From contig CANJQI010000006.1 of the NCBI GenBank assembly GCA_947476215.1, positions 1 through 60,343 on the forward strand: 60,343 bases of DNA. Direction: 5' to 3'. The DNA is from Betaproteobacteria bacterium. GTDB taxonomy: Bacteria; Pseudomonadota; Gammaproteobacteria; Burkholderiales; SG8-41. The position numbers and the translations under genes are program-made. A model generated the notes under the pieces. It did no database searches. It was not told the DNA's origin and saw nothing but the letters and a program-made list of their open reading frames with translations. Below, one piece after another: positions 39,657 through 49,394 of this stretch (positions are counted from its first letter, which is position 1; each line of letters starts with the position of its first letter).

Positions 39657-42026
39657 ATGAGCGTATCCGCTCAAAAGCTGGGCAAGTATGAAATACTGCG
39701 CGAACTGGGACGCGGCGCGATGGGTGTCGTTTACGAGGCGTTCGACCCGTCCCTGGAGCGTACCGTCGCACTCAAAACCATACGCCGAGATCAGCTCGAA
39801 GGCGCTGAAGCCGCGGATGCCATCGCACGTTTCGAACGCGAAGCCAAAGCGGCGGGGCGCCTTAATCATCCGAATATCGTATCGGTATACGACTTCGGCG
39901 ACGATAACAATACAACCTATATCGCCATGGAGTTCGTGCACGGACGCGAACTCAAGAGTTTCTTCGGGAAGGACGAGCGTTTTCCAATGCCGGAAATCGC
40001 GCGCATCATGGGGCAGTTGCTCGACGCACTCGAATATTCCCATAACTATGGCGTCGTACACCGCGACATCAAACCGGCCAACATCATCATACAGTTCAAT
40101 GGGCAGGTCAAAGTCGCGGACTTCGGCATTGCACGCATAGAATCGTCGCAGTACACACAGGCCGGCACGGTACTTGGCACACCCGCGTACATGTCGCCCG
40201 AACAATTCATGGGGCAGACCGTCGACCGCCGCTCCGACATATTTTCGGCGGGCGTGGTGCTCTATCAGTTTCTGACCGGTGAAAGGCCATTTTCGGGGGC
40301 AGCGACCACCATCATGCACAAGGTGCTGAGCGTGGATCCGCCGGCGCCGTCCATGTTGAATGTACAAACCCCCAAGCCCTTCGACGAAGTCATCTCCAAG
40401 GCGATGGCCAAGCGTCCCGAAGACCGCTTTCAGACGGCAAAAGAATTCGCGGATGCCATCCATCTGGCTGCGCAGGGTATAGCGGCGCCAGGCCTGGTCG
40501 TCGCGGCTCCGGGCGACGCCGACGGCACCGTCGTCAACACAGGGACCGACGCAACAGTGAAGTCCGCGGTGGCTCCGGCCGCGAGTCCAAAAATGTCGCC
40601 GCCAATTGCTCCCGCGGCAACGCCTGCGCCCCCGCCGCCACCGGCGCGTAAATCACCCGTCGTTTTGATTGCCGCATCGGTTGCCGGCGTAATCGCCATC
40701 GGCATAGCGGGTTATTTCGTTCTCCCACGGTCGCAACCGGAAGCCGCCCCCAAGGCGGCATCGGGAACGCCGGCGGTTGTAACGAAAGACGCGCCTCCTC
40801 CCGTGGTCGCGCCCGTTGCGGTTCAGGCCGAGCCGGGCACCATGATCATCAGCGCAGTCGGCCTTGCCGACCCGAACGACCAGAAGTATCAGGCGGACAA
40901 GTCACTGCTTGCCGCAGATCTGCGCGCGGACTCCAAGAGCCAGTTGGTGGAAAAAGCGGTGGCGCTCTACGTCGACCGTGTTTCGCTCGCGAGCAACTAC
41001 GATTTGCTGCGCGACAAGCTGCTGGCGAAAAGCGGCGACTTTATCGTCAATATCGTTCAGGAGGGTGCGCCGCAGTTGGGCAAGGACGGCCTCATGTATG
41101 TGACCACGCAGGCCATGGTCAAGGTACGCGAAGTGCAGAAATCGCTCAACAAGATGTCGCGCGATGAACGCGTCAATTTCATACGTAATAATGGCGACCC
41201 GAAAATATCCGTGGCCATCAGTGTGCGCGGCGATAATGCCGCCGCGCCGGCGCAAAACTCGCAGGTTGCCGAGAATCTGCTCAAGGAGCGCATCCAGTCT
41301 TTCGGGTTCCGTATCTGGTCGGATGACTCGAAAAGTCCGTCCGCGCAGGGCGCCGGCGCGGATTTCGCGGTGATCGGTGAAGCCAAGCTCAAGAAACTTT
41401 CCGCGCGCCTGCAAGCATCCGGAATTACGATTGACAAGTTCATGCTGACTTCCTGGACGGTGAAATGCATCGACAAGCAGACCGGCGAGGAGATCTATTT
41501 CAACAACACGCTACCCGCTGCCGCCGGTTCGTGGGCCACCGAGGAACAGGCGCTGGCCGCGATCGGCACCAAGATTGCCGACGAGTTTTCCCGCGATTTT
41601 TTCGCGCAGCATTTTAATGTCACGGGACGCAAGATGGCACTACGCTTCGATGGCCTGCCTGACGGATCCGTGCAAGAGGCGATTTCGCGTGAGCTGATCG
41701 GACTGCAACCGGTGATAGCGGTTGCGCGGCGTGGGGCGACCGGTATATTTGACCTTCAGGTTTCGGGTGGCAACGGGCCGCTCGGCGACCTTGTCATCAG
41801 CGCAATACTCAAACCGCTCAATGCCAAGCTTGGCCAGGCCTGCTTCAGTCTGGGCGCCACCAGCGGCGACGATATCGGCGTCTCGTTCGACCCGGCGTGC
41901 AACGACAAGTCGGTGCTTGCCAGACTCGAAACCTATCCGCCCGCCTCGCTATATGCCGCGCCCTCGGGGCGGCAAAAGTCTGTCGTCAAGGATCCAAGCG
42001 TAATCAAGCGGCTGACGATTATTTGA
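39657..42026 (+). CDS. Hanks-type Ser/Thr protein kinase with TM helix and large periplasmic LPP20/FlgT/CsgG-like region
   Basis: GRGAMGVVY, VALK, HRDIKPAN, DFG, GTPAYMSPE; Pro/Ala linker; TM VVLIAASVAGVIAIGIAGYFVL; about 430-aa ectodomain; ATG 39657. Confidence 0.92.
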   Translation: MSVSAQKLGKYEILRELGRGAMGVVYEAFDPSLERTVALKTIRRDQLEGAEAADAIARFEREAKAAGRLNHPNIVSVYDFGDDNNTTYIAMEFVHGRELKSFFGKDERFPMPEIARIMGQLLDALEYSHNYGVVHRDIKPANIIIQFNGQVKVADFGIARIESSQYTQAGTVLGTPAYMSPEQFMGQTVDRRSDIFSAGVVLYQFLTGERPFSGAATTIMHKVLSVDPPAPSMLNVQTPKPFDEVISKAMAKRPEDRFQTAKEFADAIHLAAQGIAAPGLVVAAPGDADGTVVNTGTDATVKSAVAPAASPKMSPPIAPAATPAPPPPPARKSPVVLIAASVAGVIAIGIAGYFVLPRSQPEAAPKAASGTPAVVTKDAPPPVVAPVAVQAEPGTMIISAVGLADPNDQKYQADKSLLAADLRADSKSQLVEKAVALYVDRVSLASNYDLLRDKLLAKSGDFIVNIVQEGAPQLGKDGLMYVTTQAMVKVREVQKSLNKMSRDERVNFIRNNGDPKISVAISVRGDNAAAPAQNSQVAENLLKERIQSFGFRIWSDDSKSPSAQGAGADFAVIGEAKLKKLSARLQASGITIDKFMLTSWTVKCIDKQTGEEIYFNNTLPAAAGSWATEEQALAAIGTKIADEFSRDFFAQHFNVTGRKMALRFDGLPDGSVQEAISRELIGLQPVIAVARRGATGIFDLQVSGGNGPLGDLVISAILKPLNAKLGQACFSLGATSGDDIGVSFDPACNDKSVLARLETYPPASLYAAPSGRQKSVVKDPSVIKRLTII

Positions 42027-42036
42027 TACCTTCGTC

Positions 42037-42927
42037 CTAACCGCATCTAAACGAAACGGTATCCACATCGGGCTCGATGGACGTATGCCCGAGGCAGATC
42101 ACGCCGCTGCCGCGCAACATCAGCTGCTCGCGCTTGAGAATGATTTCCCCATCGCCTTCGACGGTCACATAGGTGCCATTGGTGCTTTGGTCGACGAGGA
42201 AAAATTTGCCGCGTCGATATTCGACCTTGCAGTGCACGCGCGATGCCATTTTGTCCAGAACCACCAGCGCATTGGTGGCTTCACGCCCCAGCGACGCCAT
42301 CGGCCGCGTTACGCCAAGTTCAACAGTGTTCGTGCCGTAGGTCAGAACCAGCGACGGCTCATGCGTGCTTACCGGCGCCTCGCGCTTGGCCAGCGTCGTC
42401 AGGTCATCGCTGTCCTGCCAGATGACTTCAGATATGTGCATCTCATCCTGCTTGCCCCTGACGACCATGGCGTCGAGGTCGCGTGTGGATTTGCGCAATA
42501 GCGTCGAAAGCGCCTCGATGGTGGGGCCGCTGGTGATAATCTGGCCACCCTTGGCGAGGCCGGTCATGCGCGCCGCGGTATTAACCGCGTCGCCGAAGAA
42601 ATCACCCCCCTCTTCGATGGCCGGGCCATAATGAAAACCGGCGCGGATCATGAGTTGCACGCTCGCGACTGCCGGCAGACTTGAAACCCGGATTTGCATA
42701 TCGCATGCCGCCTGCATCGCGGCGTCGGCGGTGGCAAAGACCGCCATCAGCTCGTCGCCTATTGTCTTGACGACACGGCCCTGCTGGAACGCAATCGCCT
42801 TGCGCATTTCAGACAACACGCCCTCGATCGCCGTCAAGGCGGTTTGGTCGCCCAGTTTCTCGTATAGGCTGGTACTGCCGCTGACATCAGCGAACAGTAT
42901 GGCGTATTGCGGTGATACGGTAGTCAT
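42037..42927 (-). CDS. Class III adenylate cyclase with C-terminal FHA domain
   Basis: LFADVSGST, VKTIGDE, GDFFGDAVNTAARM; FHA motifs LGR, SRVH, DQSTNGT. Confidence 0.92.
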   Translation of the reverse strand: MTTVSPQYAILFADVSGSTSLYEKLGDQTALTAIEGVLSEMRKAIAFQQGRVVKTIGDELMAVFATADAAMQAACDMQIRVSSLPAVASVQLMIRAGFHYGPAIEEGGDFFGDAVNTAARMTGLAKGGQIITSGPTIEALSTLLRKSTRDLDAMVVRGKQDEMHISEVIWQDSDDLTTLAKREAPVSTHEPSLVLTYGTNTVELGVTRPMASLGREATNALVVLDKMASRVHCKVEYRRGKFFLVDQSTNGTYVTVEGDGEIILKREQLMLRGSGVICLGHTSIEPDVDTVSFRCG

Positions 42928-42990
42928 GACGAGGGATTATAGCTTGGCGCGGCACTTGTGCGATGTGCCATACGCCTCATTCGCGGTTCC

Positions 42991-44243
42991 CTACTGGACT
43001 TTGGCGATGCCTTTCTTCTTGGCGCGGCCTTGGCATGCAGCGCGGCGTAGGCGCCGTGCGCAGCCGCTTCCGCCCCGCCCACCTGAACCGGCATCCCCAT
43101 ATCCGCAAGAACTGAACCCAGCGCCGACAGGCATAACATGACATTTTCGGGCTTGCACGAATAGCCCATCAGGCCGATACGCCAGATTTTGCCGGCAAGC
43201 GGCCCCAGTCCCGCGCCTATTTCCAGATTGAACTCGTTAAGCAGTGTCGTGCGCACTTCCACTTCCCGTGCGCCGACCGCATCGGGAATATGAATTGCGT
43301 TCATTTGCGGCAGCCGCGCACCTTCCTTGACCAGAAATTTCAGGTTCATCGCTTCGCGCCCGGCTTTGAGCGCAAGGTGATGGCGCGGGTGGCGCGCTCA
43401 CGAGTTCTCTATGCCCTCTTCCTTCAGTATCAACAACGCTTCGTGCAATGCGTAAAGACTGTTGGTAGGCGCGGTATGGTGGTACGTGCGGTTGGTGGCG
43501 CCCCAGTAACCGAGCAGCAGATTCATGTCCATGAACCAGCTGTGTATCTTGTCCTTGCGCGCCTTGACATAGTCGACCACGCGCTCGCTGAATGAGACCG
43601 GTGACAAGCCCGGTGTGCACGACAGGCACTTCTGGCTTGCCGAATAAACCGCGTCAAATTTCCATTCGTCAACCAGCACGGTGTCCCGGCGAGCGAGGTG
43701 ACGGCATCGACGATGGTCAGCGCATCATGCCGATGCGCGATTTCCACCAGTGTTGTGGCATCCGACTACACGCCCGTTGATGTTTCCGCGTGAACAAAAG
43801 CAACCAGGCGCACGTCCGAATTGGCCTTGAGTGCGTCGTCCAGCTTTTGCGAGCTGATCTGCTCACCCCAACCGTCTTCGACCACCACCGGCACACCGCC
43901 GCAACGCTCGACATTTTCGATCATGCGGCCGCCGAACACGCCGTTACGGCATACGATCACCTTGTCACCTGGCGCAACCAGATTTACGAAACAATATTCC
44001 ATGCCCACCGATCCGGGGCCCGATATCGGAAACGTGAGCGCGTTCTTGGTCTGGAAGACATATCGCAACAGCGATTTGAGATCTTCCATCATGTCGACGA
44101 AGACCGGATCCAGATACCCTATTGCCGGCAGGCTTATTGCAGCCATGACGCGCGGGTTGATTTCCGAGGGGCCAGGACCCAGCAACGTGCGCTGCGGCGG
44201 ATGGAATGAGGCGATGCGTTTGGCGGGCGCGAAGCTATTCAGC
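42991..44243 (-). pseudogene. Alanine-glyoxylate / serine-pyruvate aminotransferase (class V), disrupted
   Basis: LLGPGPS, HAETSTG, VDAVTSL, SQKCLS, WRIGLMG spread over four ORF fragments; in-frame TAG 43766-43768, 1-nt frameshift near 43680, in-frame TGA 43398-43400. Confidence 0.9.
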
Positions 44244-44277
44244 TTGCAGTCTGCCTTGAATGGCGGTCAAAAACTAA

Positions 44278-45234
44278 TTATAAATCAAAGGCTTTATCGC
44301 CTTCCTCGGACGCAACACCGGTTGCAGCGATGGCGCCAAAGTCGAACAACTGGCGATCCAGCAAGTGCGACGGACGCACGTTTTGCAGGCTTCTGAATAT
44401 CGTTTCCGCGCGTCCGGGATGCAGTTTTTCCCAGTCCTGTATCTGGCGTTTAATCTGTTTGCGCTGCAAGGTCGGCTGCGAGCCGCACAAGTCGCATGGA
44501 ATGATCGGAAACCCTCTGAGTTCAGCGTAGGCCGCAAGATCGGCTTCCTTGACGTACGCGAGCGGCCGCACAACCACATGCGCGCCGTCGTCGGAAACCA
44601 GCTTGGGCGGCATCGTTTTCAACTTGCCGCCGAAAAAAAGATTCAGAAAAAAGGTTTCCAGTATGTCGTCGCGATGGTGGCCGAGCGCAATCTTGGTGGC
44701 GCCGATTTCCTTGGCGACGCGGTACAGCACACCTCTGCGCAGCCGCGAACACAGCGAACACATGGTCTTGCCTTCCGGAATCACGCGCTTGACGACACTA
44801 TAGGTGTCCTGCACTTCGATGCGATACGGGATCCCGAGCGCTTGCAGATATTCGGGTAGTACGTGCTCGGGATACCCGGGATGACGTTGGTCAAGATTGA
44901 CGGCAACGATCTCAAAACTTACCGGCGCCTTGTCACGCAGCCGCATCAGCACATCGAGCAATCCATAGCTGTCCTTGCCACCGGAGAGGCAGACCATGAC
45001 GCGATCACCCGCGCTGATCATGTCGAAATCCGCTATCGCCTGCCCGACCTGACGCCGCAACCGCTTGGCCAGTTTGTTCGACTCGTAAAGCTGCTTCGGC
45101 ATGGTGATGCCTTGCGTGACCGTTGCTGCCTGCTCTTCAGGGGTGGACAACAACTCGGCCGCTGGCGAATTTCCCTCGCGCAGCGGGGAAAGCTTGGTAA
45201 ACACGAGCGGAAATGAAGGATGGACGGAATTCAA
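44278..45234 (-). CDS. ttcA: tRNA 2-thiocytidine(32) synthetase
   Basis: SGGKDS PP-loop, [24 protein letters not shown]; true start may be ATG 45102. Confidence 0.95.
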   Translation of the reverse strand: MNSVHPSFPLVFTKLSPLREGNSPAAELLSTPEEQAATVTQGITMPKQLYESNKLAKRLRRQVGQAIADFDMISAGDRVMVCLSGGKDSYGLLDVLMRLRDKAPVSFEIVAVNLDQRHPGYPEHVLPEYLQALGIPYRIEVQDTYSVVKRVIPEGKTMCSLCSRLRRGVLYRVAKEIGATKIALGHHRDDILETFFLNLFFGGKLKTMPPKLVSDDGAHVVVRPLAYVKEADLAAYAELRGFPIIPCDLCGSQPTLQRKQIKRQIQDWEKLHPGRAETIFRSLQNVRPSHLLDRQLFDFGAIAATGVASEEGDKAFDL

Positions 45235-45983
45235 AGCGTGATACTCCTGCCACCGTCGACCGCGATAACTTGCCCGGTCACGTATGGCGCACCCGTTACC
45301 AGGAACTCGACCGCCTTGGCGATGTCATCGGGGTCCCCGATGCGCTTCAATGCGGTCTGGTTGACGATACGCTGGCGCGACAATGCATCAGACCACGCAT
45401 CGTCCTCGGGCCACAGTATGGTGCCCGGCGCCACGCCGTTGACACGTACTTCCGGGCCGAGTTCACGCGCCAGGGAACGTGTCAACGCCAGCAGCCCGCC
45501 CTTGGCAACGGTGTATACCACGTAACTCTTCATTGGAAATTCGGCATGTATATCAACTATATTGACGATGCAGCCGTGGCGCCGGCGCAGTTCCGCAGCC
45601 GCCGCCTGCGATAAAAACAACGGCGCTTTCAGGTTGGTCCCGATCAAGTCCTCCCAGTTCTTCTCCGTGACTTCGCCGATTGCGGTGGCGAAGAAACTGG
45701 AGGCGTTATTGATCAGAATATCCAGCCCGCCAAACTGCTGTATCGTTGTTTTGACGAGATCCGGCAAGCTCGCGCTGTTGAGCAGGTCGGCGCGTATCAG
45801 AGCCACCGAACCGGCGCGCAACTGATTCAAATCCTGCTGTAAGGCTCTGGCTTCGGCCACCGATGCGCGATGGTGCACCATCAGATTCGCACCCTGGGCA
45901 TGCAGCCGCCGGCATATCGCCGCACCGACACGCTTGGCGCCGCCGGTTACCAGTGCCACTTTGCCTGTCAGTTCTTCACTCAT
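45231..45983 (-). CDS. Pteridine reductase / FolM-like SDR
   Basis: [35 protein letters not shown]. Confidence 0.9.
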   Translation of the reverse strand: MSEELTGKVALVTGGAKRVGAAICRRLHAQGANLMVHHRASVAEARALQQDLNQLRAGSVALIRADLLNSASLPDLVKTTIQQFGGLDILINNASSFFATAIGEVTEKNWEDLIGTNLKAPLFLSQAAAAELRRRHGCIVNIVDIHAEFPMKSYVVYTVAKGGLLALTRSLARELGPEVRVNGVAPGTILWPEDDAWSDALSRQRIVNQTALKRIGDPDDIAKAVEFLVTGAPYVTGQVIAVDGGRSITL

Positions 45984-45987
45984 GTGA

Positions 45988-47202
45988 TTGTCACGTAACG
46001 TATTGTCAATTTTAACTTATTCCCGCATTATCGGCGGCTTGTTACCCGCACACCTGTCATTTCTGCCCGTACCTTCGGACACCGCGCGCGCGCATAGCGC
46101 GCGATTGTCCGCGCTCATCGCCAGCGAAATTTCCGCCGCTGGCGGCTGGATCAACTTCGCGCGCTTCATGGAACTGGCATTGCACGCACCCGGTTTGGGC
46201 TATTACAGCGCGGGCGCGCGCAAATTCGGCCGCGCCGGCGATTTCGTCACCGCCCCCGAATTGGGACGCCTGTTCGCCACTACGCTTGCCCGCCAGTGTG
46301 CGGAGTGTCTGCGCAACGAATTGCCCACGATTCTGGAAATCGGCGCGGGCAGCGGCCGGCTCGCGTGTGATCTGCTGGCCGAACTCGCATCCCTCGAATG
46401 CCTGCCCCAGCGTTACCTGATACTGGAAACCAGCGCCGATCTGCGCGAACGCCAGCGAAATCTGGTGCAACGCGAACTGCCGCATCTCGCTTCGAAAGTC
46501 AGCTGGTTAAGCGAGCTGCCGACTTCCATCGAAGCGTTGGTGATCGGAAATGAAGTGCTGGACGCCATGCCGGTGCACTTGTTCACGACCGGCACCGACG
46601 GCGTCGCCGAAATTGGCGTCATCGCGAAAAACCATGCATTTGAAATGAGCAGACGACCCGCCGGCGGCCGGTTGCGCGCAGAGGTCAACGACCTTCAGCT
46701 CGAAGCCGGCTATACATCGGAAATTCATCTGGCGAGTCACGCCTTTGTGCGCACCATGGCGTCGCACCTCGCGCGCGGCGTCATCATGCTGATCGATTAC
46801 GGCTTTCCGGCGCACGAGTACTATCATCCCCAACGCAGCAGCGGCACGCTGATGTGTCATTACCGTCAACATGCGCACGACGATCCATTGCATCTGGTCG
46901 GCTTGCAGGACATTACCGCGCACGTCGATTTCACTGCGATCTCGCGCGTGGCAGCCGAGTCTGGCCTGGACCTGCTGGGATATGCCGGTCAGGCGCAATT
47001 TCTGATCAATTGCGGGATCACCGATGTGCTGGCGGCGGTTTCGCCGAGTGATACCGCAAACTACCTGCCCCTCGCGGCGCAGGCACAAAAACTGATGAGC
47101 CCGGCGGAGATGGGCGAGCTTTTCAAGATTATCGCCTTTGGCAAGGACTACGACCAACCATTGCTCGGATTTTTGCGCGGCGACAAGCGGCATACACTCT
47201 AG
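45988..47202 (+). CDS. SAM-dependent methyltransferase, MidA/NDUFAF7 family
   Basis: GYYS, GDFVTAPE, EIGAGSG, NEVLDAMP, IDYG, QDITAHVDF, MGELFK; start uncertain (possibly TTG 46039). Confidence 0.92.
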   Translation: MSRNVLSILTYSRIIGGLLPAHLSFLPVPSDTARAHSARLSALIASEISAAGGWINFARFMELALHAPGLGYYSAGARKFGRAGDFVTAPELGRLFATTLARQCAECLRNELPTILEIGAGSGRLACDLLAELASLECLPQRYLILETSADLRERQRNLVQRELPHLASKVSWLSELPTSIEALVIGNEVLDAMPVHLFTTGTDGVAEIGVIAKNHAFEMSRRPAGGRLRAEVNDLQLEAGYTSEIHLASHAFVRTMASHLARGVIMLIDYGFPAHEYYHPQRSSGTLMCHYRQHAHDDPLHLVGLQDITAHVDFTAISRVAAESGLDLLGYAGQAQFLINCGITDVLAAVSPSDTANYLPLAAQAQKLMSPAEMGELFKIIAFGKDYDQPLLGFLRGDKRHTL

Positions 47203-48308
47203 TCGTGCTCCCCCAATTCGCGGCGCAGCGCATCAAGACGCGCCGCGGCTACCGCATCGTGTATCCCGCTTTTGTCGATGGTTGCGCCGGCGATGATGCC
47301 CGCATTGACGGACGCGGCGGAGGCTTGTGCACGATCCAGCCGCGCTCGCGCCGCCCCGGCATCGGGCTCGTTCACCAGTGCAGTACTAATCAGTTGCGTG
47401 AAGCGCGCGGGCCTGCGCCACAGGTCCGCGGCGTTAAACAATTCGAGCGCGGTCCGCGCATCGATCGCCGCGGCGTCAACGATGACGTTTGCGTGACGCG
47501 CAGCGAGCATTGCAAGGTCGCGGCTGTCCGCGGGGGCTTTGAGCCGATTGCAAAGCGCCGCCACCGCCAACGGGTCGAGGCTGCGCGTCAAAACCGCAAA
47601 TCGAACTTCCAACTCACATCCAGACTGCGCCGCAGCGTCGAGCGCTGCAACCATAACAGCGGCATCTCCGCTTGCCCACAACGAGTCGATCTCCGGCATG
47701 ACCCGTGCCAGCGCGTCGCATTCATGCAGCACCTGCATCATGCGTGCGGGGCGTGCTTCCATCAAGCCACGCACCAGTTCCCGCCATGCGCGTTCCGCCA
47801 CCAGCGCGTCCGCCTCGCCATCGGCAACCATCGCCCGCATCAGCTGCATGGTTTGCGGTGCGATCGCGAAATCAAACCGTGCGGAAAATCGCGCAACCCG
47901 CAATATACGCACCGGATCCTCGACAAACGCCGGACCTACATGCCGCAGGAGACCGCCTTTGAGATCCGCAACACCGCCATGCGGGTCTATGAGATTTCCG
48001 GCGGCGTCCTTGGCAATGGCGTTGATGGTCAAATCGCGCCGCGCCAGATCCTGCTCCAGGGTGACCTCCGGCGCGGCGTGAAACACAAAGCCGTGATAAC
48101 CGCGCGCAGTTTTGCGCTCGGTGCGCGCCAGCGCATATTCTTCATGCGTCACCGGATGCAGGAAAACCGGAAAGTCCTTGCCCACCGGCTTGTAGCCGAG
48201 CTTGATCATTTGCTCGGGCGTGGCGCCTACCACCACGTAGTCGCGATCCACCACTGGCAGGCCGAGCAACTCATCGCGCACGGCACCGCCGACCACGTAG
48301 ATCTTCAT
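47199..48308 (-). CDS. cca: tRNA nucleotidyltransferase (CCA-adding enzyme), short form
   Basis: VGGAVRD, DRD, EYALARTERK, RRDLTINA, EDPVRILR. Confidence 0.93.
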   Translation of the reverse strand: MKIYVVGGAVRDELLGLPVVDRDYVVVGATPEQMIKLGYKPVGKDFPVFLHPVTHEEYALARTERKTARGYHGFVFHAAPEVTLEQDLARRDLTINAIAKDAAGNLIDPHGGVADLKGGLLRHVGPAFVEDPVRILRVARFSARFDFAIAPQTMQLMRAMVADGEADALVAERAWRELVRGLMEARPARMMQVLHECDALARVMPEIDSLWASGDAAVMVAALDAAAQSGCELEVRFAVLTRSLDPLAVAALCNRLKAPADSRDLAMLAARHANVIVDAAAIDARTALELFNAADLWRRPARFTQLISTALVNEPDAGAARARLDRAQASAASVNAGIIAGATIDKSGIHDAVAAARLDALRRELGEHD

Positions 48309-48341
48309 CGCGTCAGTTCTGGAATCCGTAATGAACTTCTG

Positions 48342-48373
48342 CCATCACCCCTTCCCCTCTCCCGGTGGGCGAG
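48342..48373. repeat. Degenerate CCCTCACCC...CCTCTCCC-GGGAGAGG-type small palindromic repeat
   Basis: ccatcaccccttcccctctcccggtgggcgagg in the intergenic region; single copy in this window. Confidence 0.35.
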
Positions 48374-48418
48374 GCGGTTAGAGCGTAGCGAGGTCGCGCG
48401 GTCGGGAGGTAAGCCATG

Positions 48419-49366
48419 TCAGCTCGCGGCGCGTCCGGCGTGATCGCGGTAGGATCGGTAGCGTGCACGCGGCGCGGCGTTGCCTAGATAGCCAGGAATG
48501 ATGGCCTCAATCGCAGCAGGCCGGATACCGAACGGGAATGCCGCACTGCTCACGCTGTCGATTTTCATCGAACGGTAGTTGTCGCGCGTCATCAGCTTCA
48601 TTGGCAGGAGTTCCAGCATGCAGGCCTGAAGATAGGACAGCGTGCGGCCCAGGCCGATGACGGGCGGGCGGCGACCGACGACGCGCGCGACAATTTGTAT
48701 CAGCTCACGCAGCGTATGGACGGTGGGACCGCAAAGATCGTAAGTGGCGCAAAAAGCACTCCGCTCAGTCAGTCCACGCACGCACGCCAGCGCGACGTCT
48801 TCGACGAAAACGGGTTGAAACCGCACCTGCGGGCACGGGAGTAACAATACCGGCATCGCTTCCAACATCACCGCGAAGCGATTGAGGAACTTGTCGCCGC
48901 GACCGTAGATCACCGAAGGACGCAAGATGCTCCAGTCCAAATCCGACGCGCGCACCAGATCCTCGGCGGCGCCTTTGCTGCGCAGATATCGGCTCGGCGC
49001 CTGCGCGTCGGCCACCAACGCGCTCATGTGAACCAGACGCCGCACGCCGGCAGCCTGACAGGCAGCTATCACCTTGCGTGTGAGTTCCACATGTAACTGC
49101 TCGAAGCTATCAGCGCCGCGTCCCCCATGCAGTATGCCGGCCAGATTGATGACCGCATCCATGCCACGCACCAGTCCCGCCAACTGCGTCTCATCATGAA
49201 CATCGGCCTCGATGACGTCCACCGTAGGCAATAAAATCAATGACTTGGCGCGTTCGCGGTGACGCGTGGGCACGCGTACCAGATAACGCTGCGCGCTCAG
49301 CAGATGTGCAACATGGCTGCCGACGAAGCCGGAGCCGCCGATGACGCATACCCTGGTTATTTCCAC
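48419..49366 (-). CDS. NDUFA9-like NAD(P)-binding atypical SDR
   Basis: GGSGFVG, INLAGIL, HMSAL, YLRSKG, RPSVIYG, FQPVFVEDVA. Confidence 0.9.
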   Translation of the reverse strand: MEITRVCVIGGSGFVGSHVAHLLSAQRYLVRVPTRHRERAKSLILLPTVDVIEADVHDETQLAGLVRGMDAVINLAGILHGGRGADSFEQLHVELTRKVIAACQAAGVRRLVHMSALVADAQAPSRYLRSKGAAEDLVRASDLDWSILRPSVIYGRGDKFLNRFAVMLEAMPVLLLPCPQVRFQPVFVEDVALACVRGLTERSAFCATYDLCGPTVHTLRELIQIVARVVGRRPPVIGLGRTLSYLQACMLELLPMKLMTRDNYRSMKIDSVSSAAFPFGIRPAAIEAIIPGYLGNAAPRARYRSYRDHAGRAAS

Positions 49367-49394
49367 ATGTCCCCCCGCATCTGTAGTTGCATGT

